A stretch of DNA of 56,860 bases, filler included, from Platydemus manokwari (GCA_037951405.1; 5 parts of 5 records of this genome joined end to end with filler, not necessarily neighbours in it); one strand, 5' to 3'; counted from the first letter of the whole stretch, positions 13,819 to 28,267 are shown. Numbers and translations are program-made. The notes: generated by a model from the sequence alone, not told the origin.

Positions 13819-13855
13819 TTATTATTATTAATATCATTGTTATTATTATTATTGT
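13771..13855. repeat. (ATT)n microsatellite at the start of segment 2
   Basis: Direct reading. Confidence 0.92.
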
Positions 13856-13899
13856 TGCTGTTGTGATGTCGACTTGGTTAAAATCTAAATGATGAGGTT

Positions 13900-15335
13900 C
13901 ATGGATCTTGAAGCTCTTAGTATGAATTCATCGAAAAAGAAATCAACAACCGATTATTGAACGGGATGAAAGAAAAAGTAAGAAAACTATAATCCGTATA
14001 AGATTTCAAAGAATTTGTAGATCAAGTAATGAATGTAGAAATTTTCTAAAGGTTTTAAGTGAACCAGAGGAAAGAGAAACGCAGCATTATAATTACGATA
14101 GCAGAATTATTGAATACCAAAGAGGAAAAAGAAAAATAGAGAATGTTCCAATTGTGGCGTAAATGATTTTTTTTATAGAATATTGTCGAACCAAGGTTTG
14201 TCTAATCGGTAAAAAAAATTAATTTTCAAAATATTCTTTCAGGTTTATAAAGTGACTGAGAAGAAATAAAATATATAAATGATATGAAATAATCTACTTT
14301 AAATCCAAAAAATAATCTAATGCTGAGGAAAATATTGATACAAAAGAATGAAAATAGAAGAGTTACAAAATACTTGTATCAATATAGTGAAGATTAAGTT
14401 GGAAGATGACAAACTCAGTAGAAAGGAGATTCTTATCCGAGAAACATTCACAGTTATATCTAAATAGACTGACAAGAAGAGAGAATTCTGATAAAATTCT
14501 GAATGAAGTCCCTAGAAATGGGATAAAATCGATATTATAATTAATAATAGAGAAATTACAGTAATTTATTGAATTCTGGCCAAAATGGATTAAAGATGGA
14601 ACCAAATAAACAAAGTCTAATCACCAGGTATAAATCGTCGAAAAGAAATATTGTTGAAAAAATGTCCTCAATTGGATTCAAGCATGGCCAAAAAGGTTTT
14701 TGACAAAACAAAAAATTAATTTAGAAATTGCATTTTCAGAAAAAAAATAGAATTGGAATATTTTGGCATCCACTCAGTAGCGAAGAAACGGTATATAGAA
14801 GTTGAGATAGAAGCAACCAATGAAAAAATAATATGAAAGAATAAATAATTATTAAATAAATTTGAAAAACATACTTGGAACAATGAAAAAATTTAAAAAT
14901 TTTAAGAGACCGTATTTGAATTAGAAGTATCGCTTCATGTATTTACACGACTTACACCCATAAGTAGAACTTAGTTGCGATAATTACAACCCGAAAAACA
15001 GCACCCAAAATAATATTGAAAGATAAAAAATGAGACATCGGATCAGTATGACGTGTCATTAAGAGAAAATCAGCAGAAGGACCGAAAGAGGATAGCGGAA
15101 TTTATACGACCACAAAGCAAGAAACGATAAGTAGTTGAGGTCTTGGTTTCACAATGAAATAACCAAAAGAAGCTATATAAATAAGTTGAGCTGATCCAAA
15201 ACATAAACTACCGAAACGTTGGACTAGGAAGACATAGAAATTATCAAGTATAATCTAATTAACACGGCAGACACGAAATTAAAAGCGATAATCATAGGTT
15301 CATCTAGCTCACTTCTTAAGAATTATTTACTTAAA
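13900..15335 (+). mobile_element. Degenerate RLE non-LTR retrotransposon, R4/Dong-like
   Basis: Fragments in the expected order: EFWPKWIKDGTK (compare P.WL..G.T.LIPK) at about 14570-14606, VVEVLVS (endonuclease region) at about 15131, and terminal LKAIIIGSSSSLLKNYL (compare QKA.ILG...I.R.FL) at about 15279-15330. Confidence 0.45.
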
Positions 15336-15543
15336 TTTCAACAAATCAAAAGATTTTAACGCACAATGTCGTTATACATCATGAAGTATTCAGTTGATTA
15401 TCGTAATATTTTAGATTTTATTTTATTTTAATATTCATGTTATTATTAAAATTTTATTTCAACATATTCTAATTCATGATATTAAAATTAGAAGGATCTA
15501 AAAATAAACCTTATTATTGAATTTTATGTATTATTAAATTTTA

Positions 15544-16600
15544 TGTAACCGGATATTGCTATGATAGACAGATGTTCTGATGATTAAATTGTGATTTATC
15601 GGAACTGTTATAGTAAGTTTGATCAATAATTATTAAATGTTAATAAGATTAGCATAGAAAAAAATGGAACAATTAAAACCACAAACAGACAATTCCGAAA
15701 TTACGCGGAGCATCACGGTGTAATAAATGACTGTGTGTATCCAACTACCGAATGCAGAACCCAAATGGAAATGTATTGATAATTTATGACGATGAAATAC
15801 ATCAAATAGAAATGATGATTATGATCTGCTATGTAATGAAAACGAACTGAAAAGTCACGGCGCCGAATCACATATATTTATATAAACAAACTTATATAAT
15901 TTTAGATAAAATCTGAATTAAATCTTTAAACAAAATGAATTCATTTAAAAATTCTCACTCTTTCTTTAAAATCCTTGACTTTATTTGTATTCTTAATCTT
16001 CTCTACATCGAAAACTCTACATAATTACCTACATAAAAATCTCTAATTCTTCTGTCTTCTTTTTATCCTTTTTTGTATCTCCTTTATATCTTCTCTACAA
16101 CTACTCGATAAATTTTCAATATCTTCCTCCTTGTTTTCTATGATTTTCAGTCACTGATCTTCTCAGAATCGAAGTGTGTGATCGAAATGTAGGATACAAT
16201 TTTATAAAGCAATTTAATTCAATTAAAAATTCTCACAATAATTATTGGACATTTAGTTGTCACTCACTATCTGAGATTTGGCAAATCCGATAAATAGATA
16301 AAAAAAATAAAGTTCTTTACATTAATTGTTCCATCAACAATTGGGCATGTTGTGTAACATTCTTCCAAGAAATGATTATTGTAAATTTCAGTTGAGATTG
16401 GTAAAGTAAATTTATATTATATCGTGGTTTCTGAATGTTCACCCACCTGTCAACAATTTCCCGTTTTTTCGAATTGCTAACTAACAGTTGAAACAAATTT
16501 TCAACTTTGTCTTGTTTCTGCTTTCATTTTGTTTTAAAGCACTCGTTGTTTGCATTCTTTCCCACCTTTCATCTCCAATTTCGTTCTCCATTGATAATTT
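15544..16600 (-). mobile_element. LTR retrotransposon remnant (integrase fragments plus probable 3' LTR at about 15544-16030)
   Basis: Minus-strand fragments EECYTTCP and LPN/QIVSDN (compare FGLP..IVSDNG) are followed by a purine-rich stretch and then a TGTAG...TTACA-bounded block. Confidence 0.4.
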
Positions 16601-17000
16601 GTTTTTGTCGATTTTCACTTTAATTGTACGTTATAATTTTATAAAATAATTAAATCGGAGTGATTTTATCATAAAGCCATAATCACAGATAAGAATCAAT
16701 AAAAATTTAATATATTAACACTGAAATATAATAAAACCAAAATAACACAACATTAATCGAATTTGTTAAATGTTTTCGGATTCAAATCTCGATATCGTAT
16801 GTTTGATCAAATGTTAATTCTGCAAATCAATGGTTTTTAGGAATGATTTCTTTTTTGAGAAAAAGCATGGACTTCAGGGGCTTGGAATTAATAGATTTAT
16901 CAGAAGATAGATTTATTGAAGGAATTATTTCATTGTTGTTTGATATTGAAGGATTATATTTAGAAGAGATTGATATTTAAGCAATTAGTTATACACGGAC

Positions 17001-17773
17001 ATGGTCTCAATATGTATATATTCATTCCACCCATAATATTACTCAAATTGTTTTTCCTTTATAGTTTCTATATTTCATTTTAATTATAGTAACAAAACTT
17101 GGCTTTTTCAACAACTGTTAAAAATATTGATTAAATTCATGATGCAACAAACGTATACAATGGACAAGCTTGAAAGACAAGCTTCACTATCCAATGTCAC
17201 GTTTTAAAAGAAATCAATACAATATTCATAAGTCCATCAATGTCAAGGTTTGTAGTTTATTTTTGAATGTGGAATGTTTTGTTTGAATGTTATGGACTGT
17301 TTTTATTATGATTTAAATATTTGAATTGAAATTGAGATTTTGTATTCTTCTTCGACTTGACGAACAAATATTCAGATACATATAATTAATTGTTTAACTA
17401 ATTTTTTTTAATTGATGAATTATCGGAAAATTTTATTGAGAAATAAATAATGTTTTAACAGTTTTTTTAGAAGGTTGTTTGAGAAATTAAGTGTGTTCTA
17501 AGTCTGATCCTCAACAAATGAAATTTGATGAATATAAAATTTTCTGTATTTAAAAGAGGATTTATGTAAATAAAAAATTACCACATTTTTCACATTAATA
17601 TTGACAATATTCGATATGTAATTATAAAATCTAAGATTAAATGCCATTATATATACTCCAAGAATTACAGTGATTACTGTGATTCCCAAAGCTGTGATGC
17701 TGAAGAGCAGATATGGCTAACGGGGACATATGTGTTGCAAATTGCCATTGAACTATATTTTTTAATAAATTGA
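17001..17773 (+). pseudogene. Possible disabled small secreted/GPI-anchored Cys-rich (Ly6/three-finger-like) gene
   Basis: ATG at 17001 with a short intron-like stretch ending tttatag at 17064; a signal-like FLYFILIIVTKLG; fragments GQA*KTSFTIQCHV and GCLRN*VCSKSD; an open terminal exon 17636-17773 (IKCHYIYSKNYSDYCDSQSCDAEEQIWLTGTYVLQIAIELYFLIN*) with AATAAA overlapping the stop. In-frame stops occur upstream and exon phases are inconsistent. Confidence 0.28.
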
Positions 17774-19380
17774 ATAAAATTATTAATTAGTGTTGTTACG
17801 TTTATATTTTATGAATAATATGATATTATAAACCAGTTAATATATCAATGCAATATTGATTTACAATTATAAAAATGATTTAATTTTAGAATTTAGAATT
17901 TTAATTCATAATTGATATTAAAAATATTGTTGAGTAATTAAATATTTTTATATGATTTTACATCATAAAATACATTACTAGCTTTGTGGTCTGGAAATGT
18001 TAAATAAAAGCGAATCCATTTTGTTAACAAAGACTGTAAATACTGTTAATAAACATTTAAAAGTGAACTCTGATTTTATGATCCATTTATATTTCTTACT
18101 TGTGTCTTGAAATTGTATTGAAAAAGTTGCGCTCTCAAAATTTGGAATTGGCATACTTCATTGAGGATAAAACATAAATAAAATTATTAATCGTTTTATT
18201 TAACGATCGAAAATCTATTTCAGTTTTAGATGCTACTGCACTTTAGATATTCTAATTTCAATTTAAAGTATTTTAAACATTATAAAGTTTTGGATTGAAT
18301 ATTCACTGGGACAAACGAGAACATGTGAATATTTCGAGTTGCACTTTCAACTGAACTTTTAAATAGTACTTTTTAAAAAATGCTATAATTTGATTTTGAT
18401 AATGACGCAATAAAACGTTGCATTTTATTCTATAGAAATGTTTGTCACAATTCAAAAAGCACCAATCCACTATTACAATATAATCATCAATCGAGATTGT
18501 TTGGACAATTTGTTTTACTATTTTGTTTTCGTTAATTTTTGACCAGATTTAATTTAATGAGAATTCAGATATCTATAAACGATGAACGTTATTAATGAAA
18601 CTTCATTTAAGGATGCATTCCGACGGATATTGGTTTCTAATTTTTATATTTCAATCTCAATAACGTCAAATAAACCACATAAGGTATTCATAAATAAATT
18701 GATCAAAATTATGAATTCTGAAAATTAAATTTGAAAATTGCATCTAAATAATAAATGTTTATTATATGCTGAAATAAACACACCATCTAATGTTTTAATA
18801 TGTGAAAATTTTAAAGTTTTTAAATTAAATAACATAAATCAATACGATATCAGCGTCAGTAATATTGATATTTGCTACCTTCGTAAGAATATTTCACTGA
18901 TATAAAAAAAACGTTTTCTAAATCGACCTACAAATTACTAATAAATACCGATCCATGAAGTCTGATCCTTAAAACGTGGCATCACTTGAGCATAAATAAT
19001 AGCGTTACAAATTTCACAATTCGTCACTACTACCATTAATAAGTCGAAAGTCTACAAACTAGACAACATAATATAAATTTAATTACATCGATTATTTGCA
19101 TATAAAAAACATTTGCAAATTTCATTTTTCGTATTAAAAAATGACACAAGATAATTCATTTTTTTTGTTTTCAATTGAATTTCCAAAAAAATTATCTAAA
19201 AACTTTTGATATCGAACGATTTCTTGCAAAGAATTTCTAGATCAATACAAAAAATTTACATATTAACATTAAGAAAATAGAATTTGTGCAATACGAAGTT
19301 GGACGCTGTTCAGATGAAAACCAAATTTAAAATTTATTTTATAAAAAATCACAACACCTTATGAATGGTTAATAAAAGAT

Positions 19381-22300
19381 CTAAATAAAGGATTTTTCTA
19401 TGCCAGCCATTATCGTTTCTGATGTATAAAGACTTTCGTGTTTCGCCATTATACGTAACAACGGTCGCAAGTTAATCCACCACTGCTGCCGTGGAAGTCG
19501 TAGGCTGTAAAATAAGTGATCAAATAGAAATATGATTATCGTTAATGATCGATTCAGAAAGATGAGTTAAAATCAAGAAGATTTCTATTGTTCGATTTGA
19601 TTTTGAGAACATCAATAAGTAATTTTTTAATTTTACATGGGTTCTTATAGTTTTCTAAATATAATTCTGAGAATTATGAGGATTTGTAGACCACACTATT
19701 AGCAATTCAAACAGGTTTTCACGACTTCTATGTGGATTTGAATCAATGCCTATCAATATCTATTAAATTTATTCAACCATAACACTTACAAATTATATTT
19801 GCAGAATATTATCAACTATTATTTTACAATATATAAATAATATTTTACTTTATTGCTAAGATTTTATTTTTAAATTATTACAACATAAATCCATCCTTCC
19901 CAGATATAAAAAATAGCTTTTATTTTGCATTCTATCAGAAGAAATCCTAACATAAAAATTTACGAACAAAACTCATTAATCATTCTTCTCTAATAATATA
20001 GTAATAGACTTTTGTCTAGAAGAATAAAATTTAAATATTTTTCTTTCAAACTATTCAAAACATTAAAAACATCTTCATCAATTGGTGTAAAGAATAAATC
20101 GAAAACCAAGTAACGAATAACTTAAGAAAATATTAATCAATGGTGCTTAATAATTTCGTTTTCTTAATTGAAATCGGAAAACTTTCATTTTAAACAAAAA
20201 AATACTCCGATTTGAATAATTGATTCACTTGAAATTTATTGCATGCTGATAGATCCAATTGAGTTTCATCCATAAAACAGGAATTGCCGTAAAATAAATC
20301 ATTCAAGCAGAACTACCTCAGTCAATGCATGAGAAAATACAATGAAAAAAATGTAATTGATTGAACCTATAACACTATGTGCCGATATTTGTGAATTCAA
20401 TCAACCAGAACAATGATAATCTTGATGAATTGGGCAATTGAGAAAATTAGAGCAATTTCAGAACAATAATCAATTCCAAAAGAAAGATTCATTAACAAAT
20501 TTAACGACAAACTAATAACAATCAAATATTAACGAATGTGAAAAACAATAGTTTAGAATTGATAGGAAATATAAAATTTATTCGTCTTCATCAAAAGATT
20601 CTAATAGCACCATTCTTATAGTGGTGAAAAAGTATATTTTATCATATTACCAGTAACTAATTTTAAAAACACGTATTTTACCTGTCTATCACATTAAACG
20701 TCTTTCACTGGGAATTCTGAATGTGAATTATGATTAAGAGTAATGTGTGATTTTATAGCGATTTGTATAATTTTATAAGCTGGAAAAAATTCATTAATCA
20801 AATAGAACGCATAGAAAAGAAATACATAAAATAAAAACTACGGTATATATAATCTTTTCATAATAAGTAAGTTAAGTTCTTAATCATATTTCAGAAGATA
20901 AATCTTTTTATGCTAATTTTTAGACTTATTTAAAAATATTTAACATAACATGGCTTTTTTGCATCAACCTAATTATCATTAATGGGGAATATTCAGTTTA
21001 ATATTTAATTTGGAATTTTAAGTGATTTAATCGAGTACGTGAAAATCATTACAAAAAATATCGTAAAAAACAAAAATTAGTAGACTTGTGGTAATAGAAT
21101 ATAACTTGAGAATTGTATTTTATAAAAAAACTTGATTATTTCAATGAGATTTGCATTATAAGTAGTATTATCAAGTTTTAATCTAAAAAATCTCATTTCA
21201 CAATCAAAGTCTTTAGTGTAGGATGAAAACAAAAATCATTTGAAAAATCAATATTTTTATATTTGTGACTAATTGGAAGGACGACTGGATACAAAAATTT
21301 TGAAAATAGATAATATTATTTAAATAAAAATTCAAAATACAAGAAATATCCGATTAAAAAGGTTTAAAGTTATTGACGAACAATTTATATGTAGATTTAT
21401 TAAAGGATTTCGTCTTCTCATTCAGTAGTTCCATATTAAGCTGATATAATAAAAACCCGCACAATTTTCAAAATTGAAAATATACTGTGTTAACTGTATA
21501 CACACAAAAAACGGTTAGAAACCAGCCGTGCTGTAATTATTGAAGAGTTTATTGTTAAAGATGAAATTATATACTTTATTTTATCGAAATCTGCTATATA
21601 CAACCTCAAATCATACTCGTTGAGATGGCTGATATAAATTTCATGAAAAGCTCAAGATAAAAAACATGAAAAGATATCAGATATAAACATTTTTGTGACA
21701 AAGCTATTTAAATGCATGCTATTATTAAATTATCAGCTTGTTTCAAGCAAGCACTGTAAAGATTATAAGAGTTTGATGATTGGATTTTTGCAAATATGAA
21801 AAATAATCCATCAATAAACTGATTTCATAATCATTTCTACTCATTAGTAATTCGTCCATCTGTACATTTTAAACCACTTCTATTTTCTCATCAATATCAC
21901 CTAAAATTCCCCATAGACACCATGATGTGAGTGTATTTTGGTTTTATAACAGCATATCCCTTTCAAAAATATCATAAACATAAATTTTTACTGAAATCAA
22001 ATTCGTTAAAATAGATATAAACTAGTTATATAAATTTCAGTTTAATTACTTAAATATTTGTCATTCATATTATTAATGTCGATAATAAAATATCTCTCAC
22101 TCGAAATCAGATTGTTCAATTAAATCGTATACTGGAGTGAACTTATGTTCCCATCGTCGAAGACCCAACAAACATACATCTGGTAGACCTAAAAAGAAAA
22201 TCTAATCTGATATTTTAACCAATCTTATATCTACTCTTGTCAGGTTTTTCGAATTGTTGTGCGAACCAGTCACTAGCTTTAGCTCCCATTTTTATACCCA

Positions 22301-24582
22301 TATTCCGATCGAATGGACTTGGATTGCCTCCTTGTTGTAAATGACCAGGAATGTTCAATCTAATGAATAAAATAAGATAGAATATATGTCAAACCAATTT
22401 CCATACGAATACAATAATAAATGAAGAGATATATTCAGGTAAGAACATTAAAATTTTTCTAAAAATAGATATCAATTTAGTTGTAGAAAATATTTAATAA
22501 AATATTCTATAAAACATTGCTTCACTACTATGTTGTATACCCGTATATTATATAGATTATAATATTCTCATAGCTAACATACATACATCTTTCTTGTTCA
22601 TTGACGATGAGCGAATTGTAATTGTATATCGACAACATTATTTTATGTGTTCGTTAATAAGAATTGTAATTGACCTATCTTTCAAAGGAGTCAATTATTA
22701 TCTGTTACTTGGTTAGGAGTAGGTACACCAATTAAAATTTCATTGAATATATTTGTCAACAAGTGAGAAAATAAATGAAAATATTGATTGTGTAAAGCCT
22801 CAAACACGAATGAGTTCAATTGTTAAATAAAGCTCGTTAACTAAATAGACATGGGAATATAACTTACGGTTTGACAGCAATACTCATCGAATGGATACAC
22901 GTACAATGTGTGAGATGAGCTGTACTTCAGATACATTAGAAAATTGATAAATTTAAAATCAATAGAATTAGTTCATATTATGTAAAACTGATGCTTAATA
23001 ACTATTTGATATTGTTTATCAGCCTCTTTATGAGAAATATGTTGATAAAATTATTGATTATAGGCTTAATCTTTTCAATTTATACTATCTAATAGATGAT
23101 CCCAAATTTACAAAATAACCGGGAAACAAACGAAAGGACTCTAACATCTCCATCAAACAAATCGAACTGATTCCTTTTCCTCATATTATATAATTTTCTT
23201 CATAAATAATCTTCATAATTGCTGACTACAATTATAACTACTGACAAATTATTTTTTAATTATAATTCTATTTACCATTATTATTATTAAAAAATAATCG
23301 ATGGATGTCAGTAGCTATGACAACATAAAATATAATGTCAGATTATATTGATTATATATAAATATATGAAATTATATTGGGAAAATCAATATTTGTATTT
23401 ATAAACATTCTCACCTAGCATCAAAGATTCCTTTGCCTTCTTCACCAAATAATCGACAAATAAAATCTGTTGAATAATTTTTATTGGCCTTCTCGTTTAC
23501 CAAAATCAATCCACGTTGAACTTTATCTTCAATTTTTGCCTTCAAATGTTTCACGTCCAATCGAAGTTCATTGATTCCGAAATGTTCTTCATGGATATAA
23601 GCAGCATCAGCCCCACCCGCTAATCCACTCATCGTGGCCAGATAACCACAATGTCCACCGTGAGTTTCTAAAATGAATACTCTTCGTTTCGTTCCAATAG
23701 CGCTTTGTTTGATTTTATCGACAATCTAAATAAAAATATGATAGCGTTAGATAAACAAAGACGATAATGTATCGCATTGACCTGAGTTATTTCATTTAAT
23801 GATGTATCGGCTCCAAGACTAAAATCAGTGCCCGGTACATTATTGCTAATAGTTGCAGGTATACAAAGCATTGGAATTTTAAAATTCGGGAATTTATCTC
23901 TAGCATTATACAGCTGAACCAAGCTATTAAAAGCCTAAAAAATAGCAAGTTATGAGTTGAAAACCCAATGTTTGTGGAAAATACCTCAAATCCTCCAATG
24001 ACTAACATTCCAGAAATATTGATTTCTTTCAAACGATCACTAATTAACTGCAATCCTACCATTTCTGGAGTGTCCCTGTCATGGTAAATATTTGTAAGTA
24101 CCGAATTTTCTCTAATTACTATTCTACCTTCTTATTCCAAGAATCGATCCTCCAATACCAACCCAACCTTTAACTTTATCCCATGTCAGGTCCTCATAAA
24201 CACCTTTCCCCAATCCTTGAAATCCTTCATGAACACCAATCATATCGTATCCCTTGCTAATCATGAGTCTTGTGAAACTTCTAACAACAGCATTAAAACC
24301 ACAAGCAGGTGCTCCAACGTTCAATACAGCAATTCTTTTATTATTCTGTAATAAAATCAAATTTATTCCGCAAATTCATTTCAAACAAAAAATTTCACTT
24401 TTTCTAATGTTTTCGGTGGTGAAGATTTGGACAATTTTATGTAAGTATTTAAATTATTAGCAAAACTCCTATTCGATAATTATAAAGGAATGTGAATTTA
24501 ATTTAAAATCCAATAACCTCCCTCTTAAAGAGACAGCACTTTCAAAATCACGATTTTTCAAAGCTTCGGCAACGGATTTTGT
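19381..24582 (-). CDS. pfk: ATP-dependent 6-phosphofructokinase, C-terminal regulatory half (5' half beyond the segment end)
   Basis: Nine GT-AG exons in consistent phase: 24518-24582, 24399-24468, 24128-24345, 23985-24075, 23782-23934, 23415-23725, 22235-22359, 22101-22188, 19381-19504 (1245 nt, 414 aa plus stop). Motifs include [70 protein letters not shown] and [21 protein letters not shown]. Confidence 0.95.
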
Positions 24583-25119
24583 CTAAAAAACGAAAAATTA
24601 CTACAAATTGAAAAAAAAAATCTTTAATAAGTTTTATTAAATTTGTTATGAAAAAATAATTAATGATAATAATCGATAAAGATAATTAATTAAAATGCTA
24701 ATCGAAAATAATAATTAATAAAAAATTAATAATTATTATAAATATAAACAATAATAATAATAATTGATGAATTAAATTGAAAGAACTCAAATAGGTAGAG
24801 ATAATCATTCCAAATAATTTAATAATATCATAATAAATTCCAAACATGTCGTGAGAGAAACAAACATCAAGTAATTCAACATTTATTCGTGTACATTCGT
24901 ATACGGATAAAATACCAAGGAATAAAAACCAATTTGCATACCAAAAAAAACATTTGGTAAATTATTATTATAAAATTAATGTTTGAAATATATTTATAAT
25001 GTTGTTCAACAAGTTAGATCTTGTTAATAATAAGCCTTAGATAAACAATAAACGAATTGAAATAGTTTTATCAATGCATTCTCATCATAAAAAATTGATA
25101 TCAGTTTACATGACACTCT

Positions 25120-25219
25120 NNNNNNNNNNNNNNNNNNNNNNNNNNNNNNNNNNNNNNNNNNNNTTAATTAATTAANNNNNNNNNNNNNNNNNNNNNNNNN
25201 NNNNNNNNNNNNNNNNNNN
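25120..25219. other. Artificial contig spacer 2
   Basis: 44N-TTAATTAATTAA-44N. Confidence 0.97.
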
Positions 25220-25979
25220 CACATCAAAACCCCACACAAAAAAAACAACCACCTCAAAAGCTATAAGGTGTGTCAAAAATTATGATGACCAGTATAATTT
25301 CGAAATTATTTGAATGTTAATTAACCTTAAAAATAATCAATTAAATAATTAATTAAGAGTCAATAATATTTAATTTAAATATTTTATCATTTTACTCCGT
25401 AAATGTTGTTTGAGTTTGTTTTGGACAGAATGGTAATTAAGAAAAGAATTTATTGTACGAATATGAATTAACTCAAATCATTATTGGATTTCAACAAGAA
25501 ACAGAAATATTAACACAACTTGAATGGGAATCTTACAGATAAATACAAAATATAAAAATCAAATGACGTAGATGAAAAATATTTATGGTAATTAAATTTT
25601 CATAGATTTTTTAAAACCAAATTTAAGGTTTTTGTGTTTATGGATGTTAAGAAAACTCAGCAACATAAGTTCAATATAAAGGCTTTTATGTTATTACTGA
25701 AAGATGTTTATTATTCAATTTATAATTTCATTACAACCATCGCATTATATACATTTAACTGAAACTCGTAATTTACAAGAAATAGATGGATACGGCGAGC
25801 TTGGAAAGACTCATGAGTGTACAAAGAATTCGGTTATTTATATTTACGCTGTTAGAAATATATTATTATGTGACTGCTAGAAGCGAATCTACTGGCTAAT
25901 TATTTATTTATTTATTCTTCTGAAAAACAAGTCCACAAAAGGAATTTATAAAATTATATTTTAATATAAATTGGCTTCT

Positions 25980-26730
25980 TCACTTCGAGAGTTTTTATTT
26001 ACAAATCAAACATATTTTGTTTCTCTTCAATTTCTTGACGATTTTTATGGCGGTTGGGTGCCTTTTATACTTATTTTTCGTACTGATCTTTGTACTCTGA
26101 TTATTCTTATGTTCCATCTACATTTTTCTAAACATACTTATTAATCGTGTATTATTAATTCTTTATTATCAACTCAGTTTATGATTGTTTGAAAAATTAT
26201 TATTATATATGAATTATTTAATCTCTCAACTTTATTCATAAATAATATTATCAATGATATATATATGATTGGTTAAATAAGTACTCTTATACGTTGCGTT
26301 GATGATAAATTCTATTAAAGAATGAATTTATCACTAGACTCTTCGTCTGGAATACCTAGAACCGTTATGATAATTCTTTCGGTTATTTTTCTAGTGTTTA
26401 TAAGAATAAATAAATTCTTGTTAATTAAAAAAAGTATTGCCAATCTTCTCATCTTTTTATCTTCAAAACTTTCACCTCAATCAGTGATCTTCGATTTTGG
26501 AATACTTTAAATATAAATCCAACCATTGATAATTGAATTTTTTTGCTAGTCTCATCTTGTCTGTCAAGTGATATTTAATTTACCAGTTCACAGAATCTAT
26601 CAACAGTTACTAATAAATATTTGGCTCAGATTTTGAACACTTCAAAATGAGCAAGATCAACAACGATTTGTTTAAAATGATCAAATTCTTCAATTGAATC
26701 ATAATTTCCTTCGTTTGAAAAGTACAAGTT
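25980..26730 (-). mobile_element. Gypsy-type integrase remnant
   Basis: The minus strand gives DHFKQIVVDLAHF, KYLLVTVDRFCELV and WIYI*SIPKSKITD*GESFEDK. This is the integrase core up to the second Asp of D,D35E. Confidence 0.65.
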
Positions 26731-27447
26731 TTCTGTAACATTTATGAACTAGGCTGATAACTTTGTGACCATTGCAGCTGACTAGACTGATGATACTGAT
26801 ACCAAACCTGTTTGTCAAAGGACTACCATCGGAAATGTTTAAAGCCCCCTAAAAACGCTGACAATTCCTGACCTTTCTAGAGAGAATACTCATCATCAAA
26901 ACATAGATACCATCAAAAAAATAATATTTGACTACATTCGATTATAACAATCATTTCACTATTTGAGTCATTTGTAATGAACTGTTTTCTTCACCACACA
27001 TTCAAAAAAACTGTATTTTATTAAACAAAATGGTGTATGGCGGTTGATTTTATATTTGGCTGGTTCTAGGAGCTTCAACAACTGGTATGATGACCGAGCT
27101 GCTGGAAAATAATTTGATTTTAAATTAATAATTGAGCACAGAGGAAACTGAGTTGCCCTGGGCATGAAAATAATAAGGCGGTTATGAAAACCTGTTAATA
27201 ATGTATGATAAAACGACGACTGAAGAGTTAAATGTTTGATATTATATTTTATGGTGACAACCTTTAATAAATTACTATAATATGATAATATATAGTCTCG
27301 TGGTATAACAATAATTATCGAGTCTCTGTACGTAATTATTATTAAATTCAAAATAACAATGTAAAACTTCAGAGTCTTTATTAATTTAGAAAATAGGAGA
27401 ATTAACAATTAATATTAAAACAAAAACACCAACAATGTTTATGAAAA

Positions 27448-28267
27448 TGTCCCGCACCTCGCCTCAGCGATTAACAGGAAAATCCGTGCGACGCACGAAG
27501 ATATTTGATTATACAAAACGGAAGAAGTTAGTTATCGACAAAGCCAATTATTGAATAACACAATGTTAATGATTGTTAACGTTACAATTAATTATTGATT
27601 ATTACGATAATTATTACGGGTGAGCGTTTAACAAATGAATGAAAGTGTAATCTAAAAAATTCTTACTGCTAAATCTCGAATAAAAATAAATTCCGGAATA
27701 ATAGGCCAAAAAGGCAATTTCCAAGGATTAATGATATATGCCCACGTATTGCTCCGTATAAAAAAAACTGATGGATCTCCGCAATTAGTGAAACTTCTTA
27801 ATCTTCGTCCGTTAACATTGGTTTTAATAAGAATAATGATCGTTCGATTTATATCTCTAATGTGTATTATTGTTATGGTGCTCACCTATGACCAGAGCTG
27901 ATATTTATTATGCGTCTGGTCCTCTTTTTTTCTCACACGAATAACTAATGATTTTTCTCTCATAATTTCTCTCATTTTGGTTTAGTTTAACGGATTTGGC
28001 TTACTTTGACTAATTATTTTCTCACAATTTATTTAGTCAGTTATTTTCTTGTGCCCATTTTAATTGATTTAATTTAACCTTTTTTTTACACCTTTCATAT
28101 TTTTTTGTTATATTTTATTTATTTCTTTTCTTTACTTTTAATTTTATTATTTAACTACTGACCCATTTTATTCTTTATCGTTTTATTATTAATATTATTA
28201 TTTATTTGCTTTGTCGACGCATCCTCCGAATTTGTTTACCTCGTCCGCATACACGAATCTCATAACA
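27448..28267. mobile_element. Candidate solo LTR (about 820 bp)
   Basis: TGT...ACA termini (TGTCCCGC / CATAACA) with CpG-rich ends against AT-rich flanks. No clean TSD. Confidence 0.3.

Noticed and set aside
15571-15625. Hammerhead-like CTGATGA...hairpin...GGAAC-TGTTATA-GTA
   Set aside because: It has GGAA rather than GAAA, a poor stem II base pair and no convincing stem I. It lies inside a probable LTR.
17700-17750. CTGAAGA followed by a hairpin as a hammerhead core
   Set aside because: There is no GAAA after the stem, and the region is better explained as an exon-like frame.
26968-27408. 146-aa minus-strand ORF as a host gene
   Set aside because: It has a TTG start and I/L/Y-biased composition; the only recognisable part resembles a decayed integrase C-terminus.
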